Assembly (NCBI GenBank): GCA_004764695.1
Contig: SMSO01000035.1
Location: forward strand, 434,001 to 498,000
DNA from: Schizochytrium sp. TIO01
Lineage: Eukaryota > Protista > Bigyra: Labyrinthulomycetes
DNA length: 64,000 nucleotides
Direction of reading: 5' to 3'
The notes beneath the pieces were generated by a model. It was not told the DNA's origin. It saw nothing but the letters and a program-made list of their open reading frames with translations, and ran no database searches. A program made the position numbers and the translations under genes. Below are positions 34,559 to 48,100 of this stretch, piece after piece (the stretch's first letter is position 1; the number at the start of each line of letters is the position of its first letter).

Positions 34559-37500
34559 ATGGCGAGCACTGGGGATGAAGAAGATGTGGCGAGTCTGCGA
34601 AAGCGACTTGATCTTGCGGAGCTTATGGCAGATCCGACGTTGTATGAGCAAGCACAGAGGCTAAGAAAAGAACTTGCTAATTCACAGTCTCGTGAGACAA
34701 AGTCCCAGACGAAATTACAGGAAGTTGAAGCCGATTTGGAGAATACAGCAGCGGAGCTAAATGTCAAGAACCGTGAGAGCGTGGTGCTGAAGGCGCGCTG
34801 GAGGGTGGCTGAAAATGCATGTCAAGGGTACAAACATCAAAGGAAAGAAGCAGATATAGTCCTCTGCAAGACGAAACGTAAACAAGCAGAAGCCATGGCT
34901 GACACATGCAAAGCTCTTGAGTCATCATCAGAATTACGAGAGGATATACGGGTTCTTCGCATGAAGGCGTGCGACCAAGCTCTGGAAACCCACATAGAGC
35001 ACACTCGAGCACAGAAACTCGCTCAAGTACTGAAAAGGGTAACATTGCAGCGAGATCAGCTTGGTGCAAAAGCACTGGAACTTACGCAAGCTGTTGATGA
35101 CGCAATTACTAAGGCCAATGCTTTGCGGGAGGAAAGGGACCACTTTCGTACGCAGCTTACAGCAGCGCAGGCTCATAATGCAGGAATTGAGGATGAACTG
35201 GCCAAAGCCCGCGAGCAAATTGCTAAACTTGAACAACAGCAACCAACAATTGAGCAGATTCTTCAACAACATCAACGATCTATTACGGAGAATATTGAAT
35301 CGATGATGAAACGGCAGCAGGAGCAACAAGCTCTGCTTGAGGCAGAGGTTCTCAGAAAGGCAACTGAACAAGCACAAGCAGCAGAACAACGAAAATCAGC
35401 CGAAATTGCAGAAGCTTTGGAGCGAGCAAGGGCTGCTGTGGAGTCAGAGGCTGCTAAAGAGGCAGAGGCTGCCAAACAGGCAGAGGCCGCCAAACAGGCA
35501 GAAGCCACCAAAAAGGCAAAGCGTCTTGCAGAAAAGGCCAGGGTGTCTTCACGCGGTCAATATGCAGAAGATGAAGATGAAGATGAAGACGATGACGATG
35601 ATGACTATGTTGATGATGATGGAAGTGGCAACATCAACTCTCACAATGTTCAAGAGCAGGCTGACTCGGATGACGAGGAAGTGCACACGCGCAAGACATC
35701 AACACGTCGCGCACAAGATCGTCATAGAGCAGCAAGTAAGCCGCTATCAAAAAAGAAAGGTCGCACGGAGATTGAGGAGGAAACTTCAGATGTTGAAAAA
35801 TCAAATGGTGTACCACCAGTCCTGAAGAAGCAACGGGCTTCAAGGCGCCGCGCAGTTGTTTTGCCCGTCCCTTCTCATAACGAGAGTGCAAAAGGTGATG
35901 AAGCGTCCAATATGGGCGTAACTAAACAAGAGCTGAAGTCTGTACAGAATGATGATATAGATGAGGAGGAGGCTGTCGATGCATCTCCAGTCAATTCTGC
36001 AAAATTTGAGCCTACGCGTAAACCTCCACGCAACCGTGGTCGCAAGGTCTCTGTGAGTAGCGATAATGAAATGGTTTACTCTGATCATGATGAGCAAGAC
36101 ATCTCTGAGGAAGATGTCCCGAACAAGAAGCCCCCAAAGTCAAAGAGTGCCAAGGTTCGCGCGGCAAATGCAAACAATAACGACGTTGCGGCAAATGCTC
36201 TTTCTCGAACCTCTCTGCAAGCTAGTGAGATTCATGCCGAATCTGAAACTGAAAGCGTTGTGGATGCGACCCCAGAACATGTCCCTGAGAACTATGATGA
36301 TGACAATGCATCCCTATCAGCCTCGGATGACGAGGAGAATGTGGAGCTTAATACCGCCACCCCCACCAACCCCTTAATTAATGCTATTACAGCCGATGAT
36401 GGAATTTCCTCAGACCTCATGGACACAAACGCTGAAAGTAACTTGGTTGATGGCTTAAATTCGCGGGAAACACAAGATATCAATGTTGACAAGGCTGACG
36501 TTGAAAAGATTGAAAGAAATGAGAAAGAAAAGGTGTTTGATGCTGAAGAAGAAGACCAAGACGACAACCATTCTGAGTTTATGCTTGAAATCGAAAAGAG
36601 AGAATCTGAAGAAGCGGCCGCAGCGGAGATTAGTCCAGCCAAAAGTAGAGGGGCGACGTTACAGAACGATGGTGAGCGTGCATCCTCGACCTGGTTATCT
36701 CCTTCGTTGTCAGCAAATTCATCGGTAGAAGAGAATGACAATGATAGGAACAAAAATGAAAATGGTGACGAACATGATGCAGCTGTGGTTGTAGATATGG
36801 GTGCCATTTCTTCTTCATTGACTGAGCCGAGCCCCGCCCCAGTTACTCGTCGACCTCGTCGTGCTGCAGCTGCTGCAGCTCGTAAGAAGGTCCGTGCTAA
36901 GAAAGCGGAAAGCGAAGATGACGAAGAAGAAAATGAAGAGGAAGAAAAAGCCCCTACGAAGCGTACTCGGCGCACCCGAGCGCAAGCCACCCGGGTCACT
37001 CGAAAGCAATCTGCTAAGGCCAAAGCAAAGGCAGCAGAGACCTTAGAGGTTTCAGATGACGAGGCTGCAAACGATTTAGCTAGCAGCAGAACCAATGACG
37101 AATCTGATGACGATGCGCCTCTCAAGAAGCAGGTAAGTGCAAAGCATCACGAAAGCGATAACGGGAGGAGCAACAATGGTGATTACGTAGAAACACTTCT
37201 TGAAGAGGAGGATCTCGCGACTTCACCCTCGCCTGTCAAGAAACGTGCGGCTGCATCAAATCGTGCTACAAAATCATCTCAGCAGCAGAGTGCTTCGCGT
37301 TCTCGTTTGTTAAGTCAAGCTGATGCAAGTTCATCAGAAGAGGACGAAGAGTCGAAACCCCGTGCAAGGGGCCGACCAACGCGGAAGAAATCCACAGTTG
37401 ATTCATCAAGATCTCGTCATCAACAAGCTTCTGCTCACAGCGATTCCGATGAAAGTGATGACAATGCTAGTGATACAGAGGGCGGGAATTCACGTCCAAG

Positions 37501-37654
37501 GCGAGCTGCTACAAAACGCTTGCGTGGCAATGGTGCTGGAGAAACTCAGACATCGCGCCAATCACAGAAACGTTCACGTATGAAGTTGGGCGAGCATAAG
37601 TCGCTCTTTAATTTTATGGATTCCTCGATGGCCCCCAAATTGAAAGCAAAGTGA
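34559..37654 (+). CDS. Uncharacterised protein: N-terminal coiled coil plus long acidic/basic disordered tail
   Basis: 3.1-kb uninterrupted ORF; first ATG at 34559 (MASTGDEED). About 320 aa of heptad-rich sequence, then D/E tracts and K/R clusters. Confidence 0.85.
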   Translation: MASTGDEEDVASLRKRLDLAELMADPTLYEQAQRLRKELANSQSRETKSQTKLQEVEADLENTAAELNVKNRESVVLKARWRVAENACQGYKHQRKEADIVLCKTKRKQAEAMADTCKALESSSELREDIRVLRMKACDQALETHIEHTRAQKLAQVLKRVTLQRDQLGAKALELTQAVDDAITKANALREERDHFRTQLTAAQAHNAGIEDELAKAREQIAKLEQQQPTIEQILQQHQRSITENIESMMKRQQEQQALLEAEVLRKATEQAQAAEQRKSAEIAEALERARAAVESEAAKEAEAAKQAEAAKQAEATKKAKRLAEKARVSSRGQYAEDEDEDEDDDDDDYVDDDGSGNINSHNVQEQADSDDEEVHTRKTSTRRAQDRHRAASKPLSKKKGRTEIEEETSDVEKSNGVPPVLKKQRASRRRAVVLPVPSHNESAKGDEASNMGVTKQELKSVQNDDIDEEEAVDASPVNSAKFEPTRKPPRNRGRKVSVSSDNEMVYSDHDEQDISEEDVPNKKPPKSKSAKVRAANANNNDVAANALSRTSLQASEIHAESETESVVDATPEHVPENYDDDNASLSASDDEENVELNTATPTNPLINAITADDGISSDLMDTNAESNLVDGLNSRETQDINVDKADVEKIERNEKEKVFDAEEEDQDDNHSEFMLEIEKRESEEAAAAEISPAKSRGATLQNDGERASSTWLSPSLSANSSVEENDNDRNKNENGDEHDAAVVVDMGAISSSLTEPSPAPVTRRPRRAAAAAARKKVRAKKAESEDDEEENEEEEKAPTKRTRRTRAQATRVTRKQSAKAKAKAAETLEVSDDEAANDLASSRTNDESDDDAPLKKQVSAKHHESDNGRSNNGDYVETLLEEEDLATSPSPVKKRAAASNRATKSSQQQSASRSRLLSQADASSSEEDEESKPRARGRPTRKKSTVDSSRSRHQQASAHSDSDESDDNASDTEGGNSRPRRAATKRLRGNGAGETQTSRQSQKRSRMKLGEHKSLFNFMDSSMAPKLKAK

Positions 37655-38130
37655 TTTGATAAATTTAAAATAAAATATAATTGGTCTTGCTTAGATTGAA
37701 CAAAGGTTGCACTAATACTGCTGTTGTTTGTTTGCTTCCTTGCTTGCTTGTATTACAGTGGCTTTCTTCGTGCGAAAGGAATCTACATCATTCTGCTTTC
37801 CTGTCTCTTCTGAAGAGATGATTCCATTACAAGCATGCTAAACCGAGTAATTCATGAGTAGAACTAGTCAGAAAGAGCATGCAACTATATTTGGGAACAG
37901 GGTAATGGGAGGGCAACACGAGTTTCAATTGTGAAGAAAATGTCTTTCGATGCTTAATCATATATTATGCTAAATTTTTTCTTTTGCTTGTTGGATTTGA
38001 CTGAAATCGGACGAAGTTAGCACGCTAACCCATGTGTTATTAAAGCTGCTAGAGCTGCTATAGTTGTAAACTGTTCTCAACAAGCAAGCAACCATATAAA
38101 GTAACTTAGGGAAGCGCAGAACTTTCAAGC

Positions 38131-40566
<2,436 letters not shown>

Positions 40567-42649
40567 CTATCTGGAATCTCGATGAGATCGAAAAAGGAAA
40601 ACCTCGAGAGCGGAGGGTCCGCTGCGGATACGCTGGGCCGGAATAGGCAGAGAATCTGCCTGCCTGCCTGCCTGCCTGCTTGTTGAAGAAGGGCGCCGCG
40701 AAGTCGCTTCCGCGAGGCCGCTGCGCGTAGTTGCTGGTCTGCGAAGAGTCGCCGCCTTCACAACGGCGACGCAGACGTTTTCGACGACTTTAGATAGAAA
40801 CAGTACTATTAAGTATTCCGCTCACACTATCCAACATTCGCGCGCACTATAGACTATACGATCTATAACCTTCTGTGTTCGTCCATTGATCACTTCGAAA
40901 TCCTCTGTGCTCTTAAGAAAACAGAGTCAACAAAAGGAACAAATAAATAAACAAATAAATAGGCTAAACAGAAGGAATCTATCTCTGCGCCTGAGGATTC
41001 TCGCCTCAAGCCGAGCCGCCACGACCAAATAGCCCCGCGTCGGATCGTCGGCACTGTCGCAGGACGAGGACTCCTCGGACTTCAGTTTCTCGAGCCGCTC
41101 TCACTCTCTCTCCGCAGAAGGCCCTCTTTCCGAGCCCTTCTCTCTCGCTCTGAGTCGGATCTTCTTAGTCAGTTCGCAGGTTCTGCTCTCATTCTCTCAG
41201 GTTCTCTCGGCGGAGGGAGGAACAGAACAGCGGCGGGGCGGCCCCGATTCCGTACAGTATTCCCCACGCACAAGTGGGATAAACCGTTATAGTCTACTTT
41301 CCGCCTGAAATCCCACTGTATGGAAAGGCAAGTATGAGAGAGAACCTTTTCTGCGATCTGCATTTGCCTCACGTCCTACGAGTTCCAGACGCCGCCCTTA
41401 GCAGTATGGGGATAAGAGCGCGCGACCTTCGGGAAAAAGGTGGGGAAAGGCTGCATAGTATGGCGCTGCACCGGAAATAACATTTTGCGTGGGACTGCTG
41501 GATACAAAAACAGCCGGGCAGCAGAGAACGAGAGCGAAGGTTCTTTAGTCCCAAGATCTGGGCCTCCACGCTGTAACCGGAGAATATGGGGAGAGTGGGA
41601 CCGAGGAGTCGATAGGAGGCGTATAGGAAGTCCTACCGGGTCTGTGCTCTCTGTCGATTTCTGAAGCGCTCTGTAAAAAAGGTGCCTCGTAAAGAAATTG
41701 GCTTTCATGGCCTCGAGCTCTCACTTGGAAATCAGCGGCACTAATGTGAGCTCGACGTCATTTCTGGATGGTGGCATCCAGGCGGCAGGAGTCGATGGCC
41801 TCGCAGACGGGTTCATCGCGAGGCTGTAGATTGATTGCAGGCTTTCTTGTTGTTGATTGATGTAGTGGGTTTTACAAATAGGTAGAGAGGTCCGCATTGG
41901 AAGTTGGACCTGACATAGAACATAAAAGGGTTTCATTTCTTTCATGATGATGATTCGAGAAAGTAGAGGTCTTTTAGATCGAGTTTGTGGGTTTGCTTAC
42001 TGCGTACAAAGCCATCGAGTAGGGATTGATTCGAAGTCTGACTGAGGATCTTTAGGTTTTTCGAAGGCACCATCCCTCCGAATGAAGGCAGGTCCTGTGT
42101 AGCTAGCTGCTTGCCTGCCCGTCCCATCTTGGTCTTCAAGTAATCCTTCTTGGAGTTTTTGTCATGGCTTATTATAGGAGAGTTCTGGTTCTTGTTCAAG
42201 TTCTCCTCGGCAGCAAAAAATAATTTTCTTTATATTTTAGTTAGGTAAACTTTCAATAGCCGTAGGCTTTGGAACTTGAAAGAGTAGAAATTTTGTTTGT
42301 TGAGAGCAAGTGTGTACAAGTGGAGATTAGGACACATTGCTCGTCAATCAAGCTTAACTGAGTGGGATTTTTGAGAATCATGAAGAGAGATTTGGATAGT
42401 TGAAAAAGAGTCCAAGATAAAATCATTTTGCCAGTCAGGAATACTAGTACTTAAAGAAACGAAGAAAACGAAGGTGAAGAACCTTGAAACATCAGCGAAT
42501 GCAATGCAATGCGTTCAGTCATCGAAGCGGGCAACCAACATCCAACTATAAAATCAGGTTGCAGGGGAAGAGAACAACGCGCGCATAAACACATGAACAT
42601 CACCCCAAATGCGATATGGTTGAAAAATCAGTCGAGCTGAAAGAAATAC

Positions 42650-43962
42650 TCAAGTTGAAGGCTTGAACTTCTCAAGAATTTCAAGTGCCTTGAGGGCAAC
42701 CTTGTTTTTAGCTACGCGCATATCAGCATCCCAGTTATTGTGCTGGTCCTTTGGCACCTCAATATGAAATTCGGGAAGACTTGCGCTAAAAACAAATCCA
42801 GGCTTGCCATCAACAAAGACGCGATTGTAATGAAACGACGGCCGCTGCCATTTGTTCTCAGCACACAATTTGTACACCTTCATCACAGCATTCATCACTG
42901 CGGTCACTGTTCGAGTTTCGCTCCATTCACGGAATAACAAATCCTCCTTGTTCAGATCCTCTAGAACACTTGCTCGTAAGTGCTTTGTTGGATTCATGTG
43001 CTCAGGCCCGCCTAGTGCACCCTGTTCTAGGCACTTGACCTTGTAGTCGCGACCATCTGTGATGTACCACTGATCCTTGGACTGCGGGGTCTCCACATTG
43101 ATGAGCTGAAGCGCCAGAGGGCGTAACGCCATATTTGCTACCTCAAGACTGTCTTGATCGCGCTGGGCCTCTGGGCATTGAATAACGATCAAGCCACTTT
43201 TTTTCACATCCAAAAGTGGCGTTTCACGGAATTCAATCTTCACCGTACCCTTTTCGTCCTTGCTGAAGATTACATCCTTGGCATACTTACTCTTACCAGG
43301 CAACGATGGTTTCCGTGGATCATTTTGCGCACCCGATCCTCGACCACGGCCATCTTGGGTGCTATTGTTGTTGTTGTTGTTGCGACCCCATCCAGAGTTT
43401 GCAGGACCCCGACCGCCTCTCGATGAGCCTGAATAACCATTGGGTTGACGACCATCTCGCGATGCTCTGTCATCATCCGTGCGCCGGCGCTTCCATCCAT
43501 CGTTGCTGTTTTGGTCGCTACCATCGCGTCTCGAGCCCCAGGCGCCGTCATTTCCAGGTCCTGATCTTTTAGGTGGCCCCGAACGGTATGAGTTGAATCC
43601 ACCTGCACCAGACCTTGAGTCACCGCGGTCATTGGGGCTTCGGTCTCTCGAGCGGTCATCGTTTCGGCCTCGGTTCAAGCCTACGTTTCCGTTCTCGCCG
43701 ATATCATTGGAAGTAGAATTATCGCTACGTCCACGTGATGAGCCGCCGCCGCGACCCCCGCGGCCTCGTCCTCGTGCACTAGAGTTTCTATCGCCGTCCG
43801 ATCTTGCCGTATTGCGGTCGTCCCTGTTTCGGGAAGGCCCAGTATTGGATCCTCGGCCTCCACGACCTCGCTGGTTTCTAGATCCTCTGTCACCATTGTC
43901 GTCGTTGTTATTGTTGTTGCGTCTTCCACGCTGGTTGTTGTTGGATTTATTGTTATCGCTAC

Positions 43963-44008
<46 letters not shown>

Positions 44009-44113
44009 ATTGTTATTGTTGTTGTTGTTGCTACCGGAGCCGCCCTCCTTGGCAGACGGTTTCTGGCGATTTAGCTTGCTCAGCTGGTCCAGCGACATAT
44101 CAAGCTTGTCCAT
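42650..44113 (-). CDS. RNA-binding protein: ALYREF/Yra1-type N-terminal UAP56-binding motif, poly-Asn and RGG region, C-terminal dsRBD-like domain
   Basis: Starts MDKLDMSLDQLSKLNRQK (compare ALYREF MADKMDMSLDDIIKLNR) and is RGG/RG-rich. The C-terminus 'NAVMKVYKLCAENKWQRPSFHY..GFVFSASLP..MRVAKNKVALKALEIL' fits the dsRBM alpha-beta-beta-beta-alpha pattern. Confidence 0.8.
43963..44030. repeat. (TTG)n coding repeat giving a poly-Asn tract
   Basis: Directly visible within the CDS. Confidence 0.95.
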
Positions 44114-45170
44114 GGTTGCTGCGAGCAAACAGTTTACAGAATCAAAATGCAGTCAGATACAAAATAGTTCGCAGAATGAAAAATCCCGAAGCTGGAGATT
44201 TCTGACTAAAGCAAGTTGAACCCACTTTGTAGCCCGTTTCCGCTGATCTTTCTCAAATTGATGAGATCTTGCGCTAATCGCCGCAAGTGTAAAAGAAGGT
44301 TTCTCCGAAGGAGAACGATGCTGAAGATACCTCAAAAGATAACAGAAGACTCCGCACAGCTCCAGAGCGAAGCAAAAGTACCGTAGCAGCGAGCTACACC
44401 ACCAAGCAGTGCCACACCCAAGCCAGTGCTTGTGAATGCCAAGTCTTCTGCCAAAGGTAAAAACTCACAGCAGCAGAAGCAGTAATAGCAAACTAAGAGA
44501 TAGCAGCTCCAGTTCCCTGTCCTGAAGCTGTCACAAATGCGCGTCCTCGCCACCCGTGCCGCTGTCGCAGACTCGGGCTATAGCGCCTCAAAAATTCTGC
44601 CAATCGCCAATTTTTTGCTTGTAGGTAACTATATTTAATTAAAGGAGGGAAGAAAAGCCCGCGCACGAGCGACTGCTTAAGGCCTGCTCGAAGGCGCTCC
44701 CTAGCCTATTGGTTAAGGGTAGATGGGCTATAAGGGTTCTTCTGTCAATAATATGCCTTAGAATCATTTGGATACGTTTTAGGTAACTAAAAATTGAGGC
44801 GCGATGATAGTTCGAGTTATCATGATTATCATGTATCGCGCTTGAAATTTAGGAGGGAGTGCAGTGCGCGGCAAAACCGAACGCAACAGCCAGATTTGTC
44901 GTGAGGGTATCGCAGGACAGAGGCCAACGAGGCTTTGCCTGCTTTTGCACCTTAATTGGAGAAAGTGGAGGAGTCGCAGCTATCTTGGGCAACTTGGAAT
45001 CGACGGTTTTGAAGAAACCTTTGAGCAGCGGCTGTGTGGCCTTGAGAAAGCACCAAAAATTGCCAAAACATTTCCGCATCAGAGGCACCTCAAAACTCAA
45101 ATTTGTGTCATACAACGCAGTTTGCCTTGGTGTGGCGTCAAACCCAGGTTCGTGAGTAGTTTAAAGCAAA

Positions 45171-48100
45171 ATGGGCAAGCGGAAGACCAAGAATAAGATT
45201 GCTCGAGGGTATGTCACCACGAGCACCCAGTCCCTCACCGAGAAGATGGGTCTCACCTCGATTCGTGAACAGCAAATCCAGGAAGCAGAAGCTGCTAACA
45301 AACAAAAAGTTGCAGCAAGCTCTGGCATGAAACCCATTGGAGAAGATTCTACTGCTGATGATATTATGGGTGTATCAGATGAGACACAAATTAGCGAAGC
45401 GGAGGCGGATGCCCTGGCTGCCGCGCAATTGCCATGGGTTGCAAACCCAATTCCTAAAGAATTTGACCCCGTTTTTGCAGGTCGCAAGCGAATTCAGAAA
45501 CTCCGCGGCAACCCCCTGCGTGGCAATGAAGCACAACTTACGGTCAAACCTTCGCTCGAGGACGAAGCTCTTAAGGTGCTCGCCGAAATTGGAGATCTAA
45601 ATCCCGAGAAAAATCTTTGGCATGGAGATACATCCGATCCTCGCGTACGCTCCCGAATGCTTGCCAACCTGCTCGAACTCGAAGGTCTTGGATTTACCTT
45701 AAATGATATCAAGTCAGCTCTCCAACACAGCGGACCTGACATCGACGCTGCCCTGGAATGGCTCTCACTCTACCTTGACGAGTCCAGCCTGCCGCCTGGA
45801 TGGGTCCAAGAGCGGCCTCGCAAGAACCTTGACCGTCGAGAACTTGAGGTCATGGTAAACCAAACTGGGTCACAGACACCTATTTCTGCGCCAGAACCAC
45901 CCATTGCCGAGTCTCAAACTAATGAAGACGAGCAGGCAGAAATCAAGGCGCGACAAGAAGCTGAGAAAGCGGAGGCCAAGAAAAAAGATGAAGACGCAAA
46001 GCGTCTAGCAGCCCGCGATGCATCTCGCAATCATATTCTTCGCATGTATGAAATGCAGCAAGAAGAAGAAGAGGCCCGGGAAGCCGAATTGAGGGCTACA
46101 CAGCAAGCCGCGAAGGAAGAGCTGAAGCTCCCCCCTCTGGAACGCGGCCGCCGTCTTAATGCGCGCATGGAAAGCTTAAGAAAACAAGCTGCAGATGCAG
46201 ATGACATAGGCGAAAAGCGTAGTTTAGGCAGGGATATCCAAAACACCAAAGCCCAAATTCAAGCTCTCATGAAACAGTATCCTGAAATTGCTGGAGCTCT
46301 CGCGGCTGCTCAGAAGCAGGTTAAACAAGAGCAAAAAACTATGAAAGATCAAGTTAAGGAAGGTGGGATTGAATTTGCCAACAATCCTGATACCAAGAGC
46401 AACGATGCAAAAGAGGATGGCGTCATGGCAGAGGATTCGCACGAAGGGAATGGTGCAGATGAAATTGAAGATGCCGATGCCAGCGAGATCTTTGCTGACC
46501 TGTTTGCGGAAAGTGAAGAAGTAGATGGTCCTTCCAGGTTAAATGGAGGCAATGGTGATGCAAAACCTACGTACGACAAAGTTGACATTGGTCCTCTTCG
46601 TGGAGGACTTGAACCGTGCCGACTCTTGGAGCAGCACGCGCGTCGCATATTCTCTAAGCAGGTCAAGGTCAAATTTGCGCCGCAGCAGCCACCCGTGAGC
46701 CATATGTTTTCTTCTAGTGTCACTTTTGCACGCAGACATTATGAAATGCCTGTGAATGAGTGTTGTGAGTCAAAACGGATGGCTCAAAATTATGTTTCTA
46801 TGATCGCATTGTATGACTTGGCTGCAGATATGTCATACAATATGCAAATGCCCGTTGAGTGCCAAGATTTGTGGATAAGTGGAAACTCCGTGACGAGCAT
46901 GCTAGGCTTGCAGCAGAACACGAAGTGAAACTCAATAAGATTGCTATTGTCGATGACGCCCTCAAAGGGTTAACACCAGAGAACACAGGTAAGGAGCAAG
47001 ATGGCGAAGCACAAGCGAGCGTAAGCACTCCTACCGTAGTTGACGATTGGTCAACTGGCTTCACAGATTCAGGAACCACTAAGCGCGAGCAAGATCATGC
47101 CGAAGAAAATGCTCGACTCAAGGAGGAATTTTCACTTCGTGTTCAAACTGATGCTTACGCGAGAATGGCAGAGGAACGAGCTTCATTGCCCGTGCTTACA
47201 ATTGAAGCAGACTTAATTCGTTGCTTAGAACATAGTGATGTCGTTATCGTCTCAGGTCAAACTGGTAGTGGTAAAACCACTCAGATCCCTCACCTCATGC
47301 TGGCCCACGAAATGCAGTCAGGCCGTGGAGCTCTTTGTAACATTGCTTGTTGTGAACCCCGTCGTATTTCAGCTGTGTCTGTGGCTGAGCGTGTGTCTGA
47401 GGAAATGGCTGACTCGAAGATTGGCGCTTCGGACAGCTACGTTGGTTATCAGATTCGTGGTGAACGCCGTGCCGGATCGTCATGCCGTGTTTTGTACTGC
47501 ACAACAGGTATCTTGCTTGCCCAACTCCGCTCAGACCCCATGCTTCTATCTTACAGTCACATCGTGGTAGACGAGGTCCATGAGCGTACTGTGGACTCTG
47601 ACTTCCTTCTAGTTGTTCTCCGCAAGATTGTTCGCGAACGTGGTGAAAGTTCAGAGCATCCTTTGAAGGTTGTCCTCATGAGTGCAACCATTGACTTGGA
47701 CAAGCTCGCCAACTATTTTGGTGGAGCTCCCGTTCTAGAGGCCGGAGGGCGTACTTTCCCCGTCACACGTTTCGCGCTTGAGGACGCGATCCAGCTTACT
47801 GGGTACACATGTGAGCTTGAGTCAGAGTACTGTCGTCGCGATGCGGATCAACGGGAAACCTATACAGCACGAATGGGCCAAGGATCTGTCACTTGGTCCG
47901 AGTCGCAACAAGGCGCTGTGGATTATGCTGGTCTTACTGAATTAGACCCAACCATATACCACGAAAATACCACCCGCACAGTTTACCGTCTCGACCAAAC
48001 TCGTGTGAATCTGGATTTAATTGAGTCGCTTCTTATGCTGCTGACTGACCCCGATTGGAGATTGCCAAACGGTGTAGCTCAAGATTCAGCTGAAACCCGT

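Noticed and set aside
36292-37125. 277-aa antisense ORF (similarly 43479-44219 and 50672-51286)
   Set aside because: Mirror frames of real genes on the opposite strand.
46859-46866. 8-nt GT..AG micro-intron that would restore the DHX29 frame
   Set aside because: Too short for spliceosomal splicing, and it would delete residues that align with DHX29.
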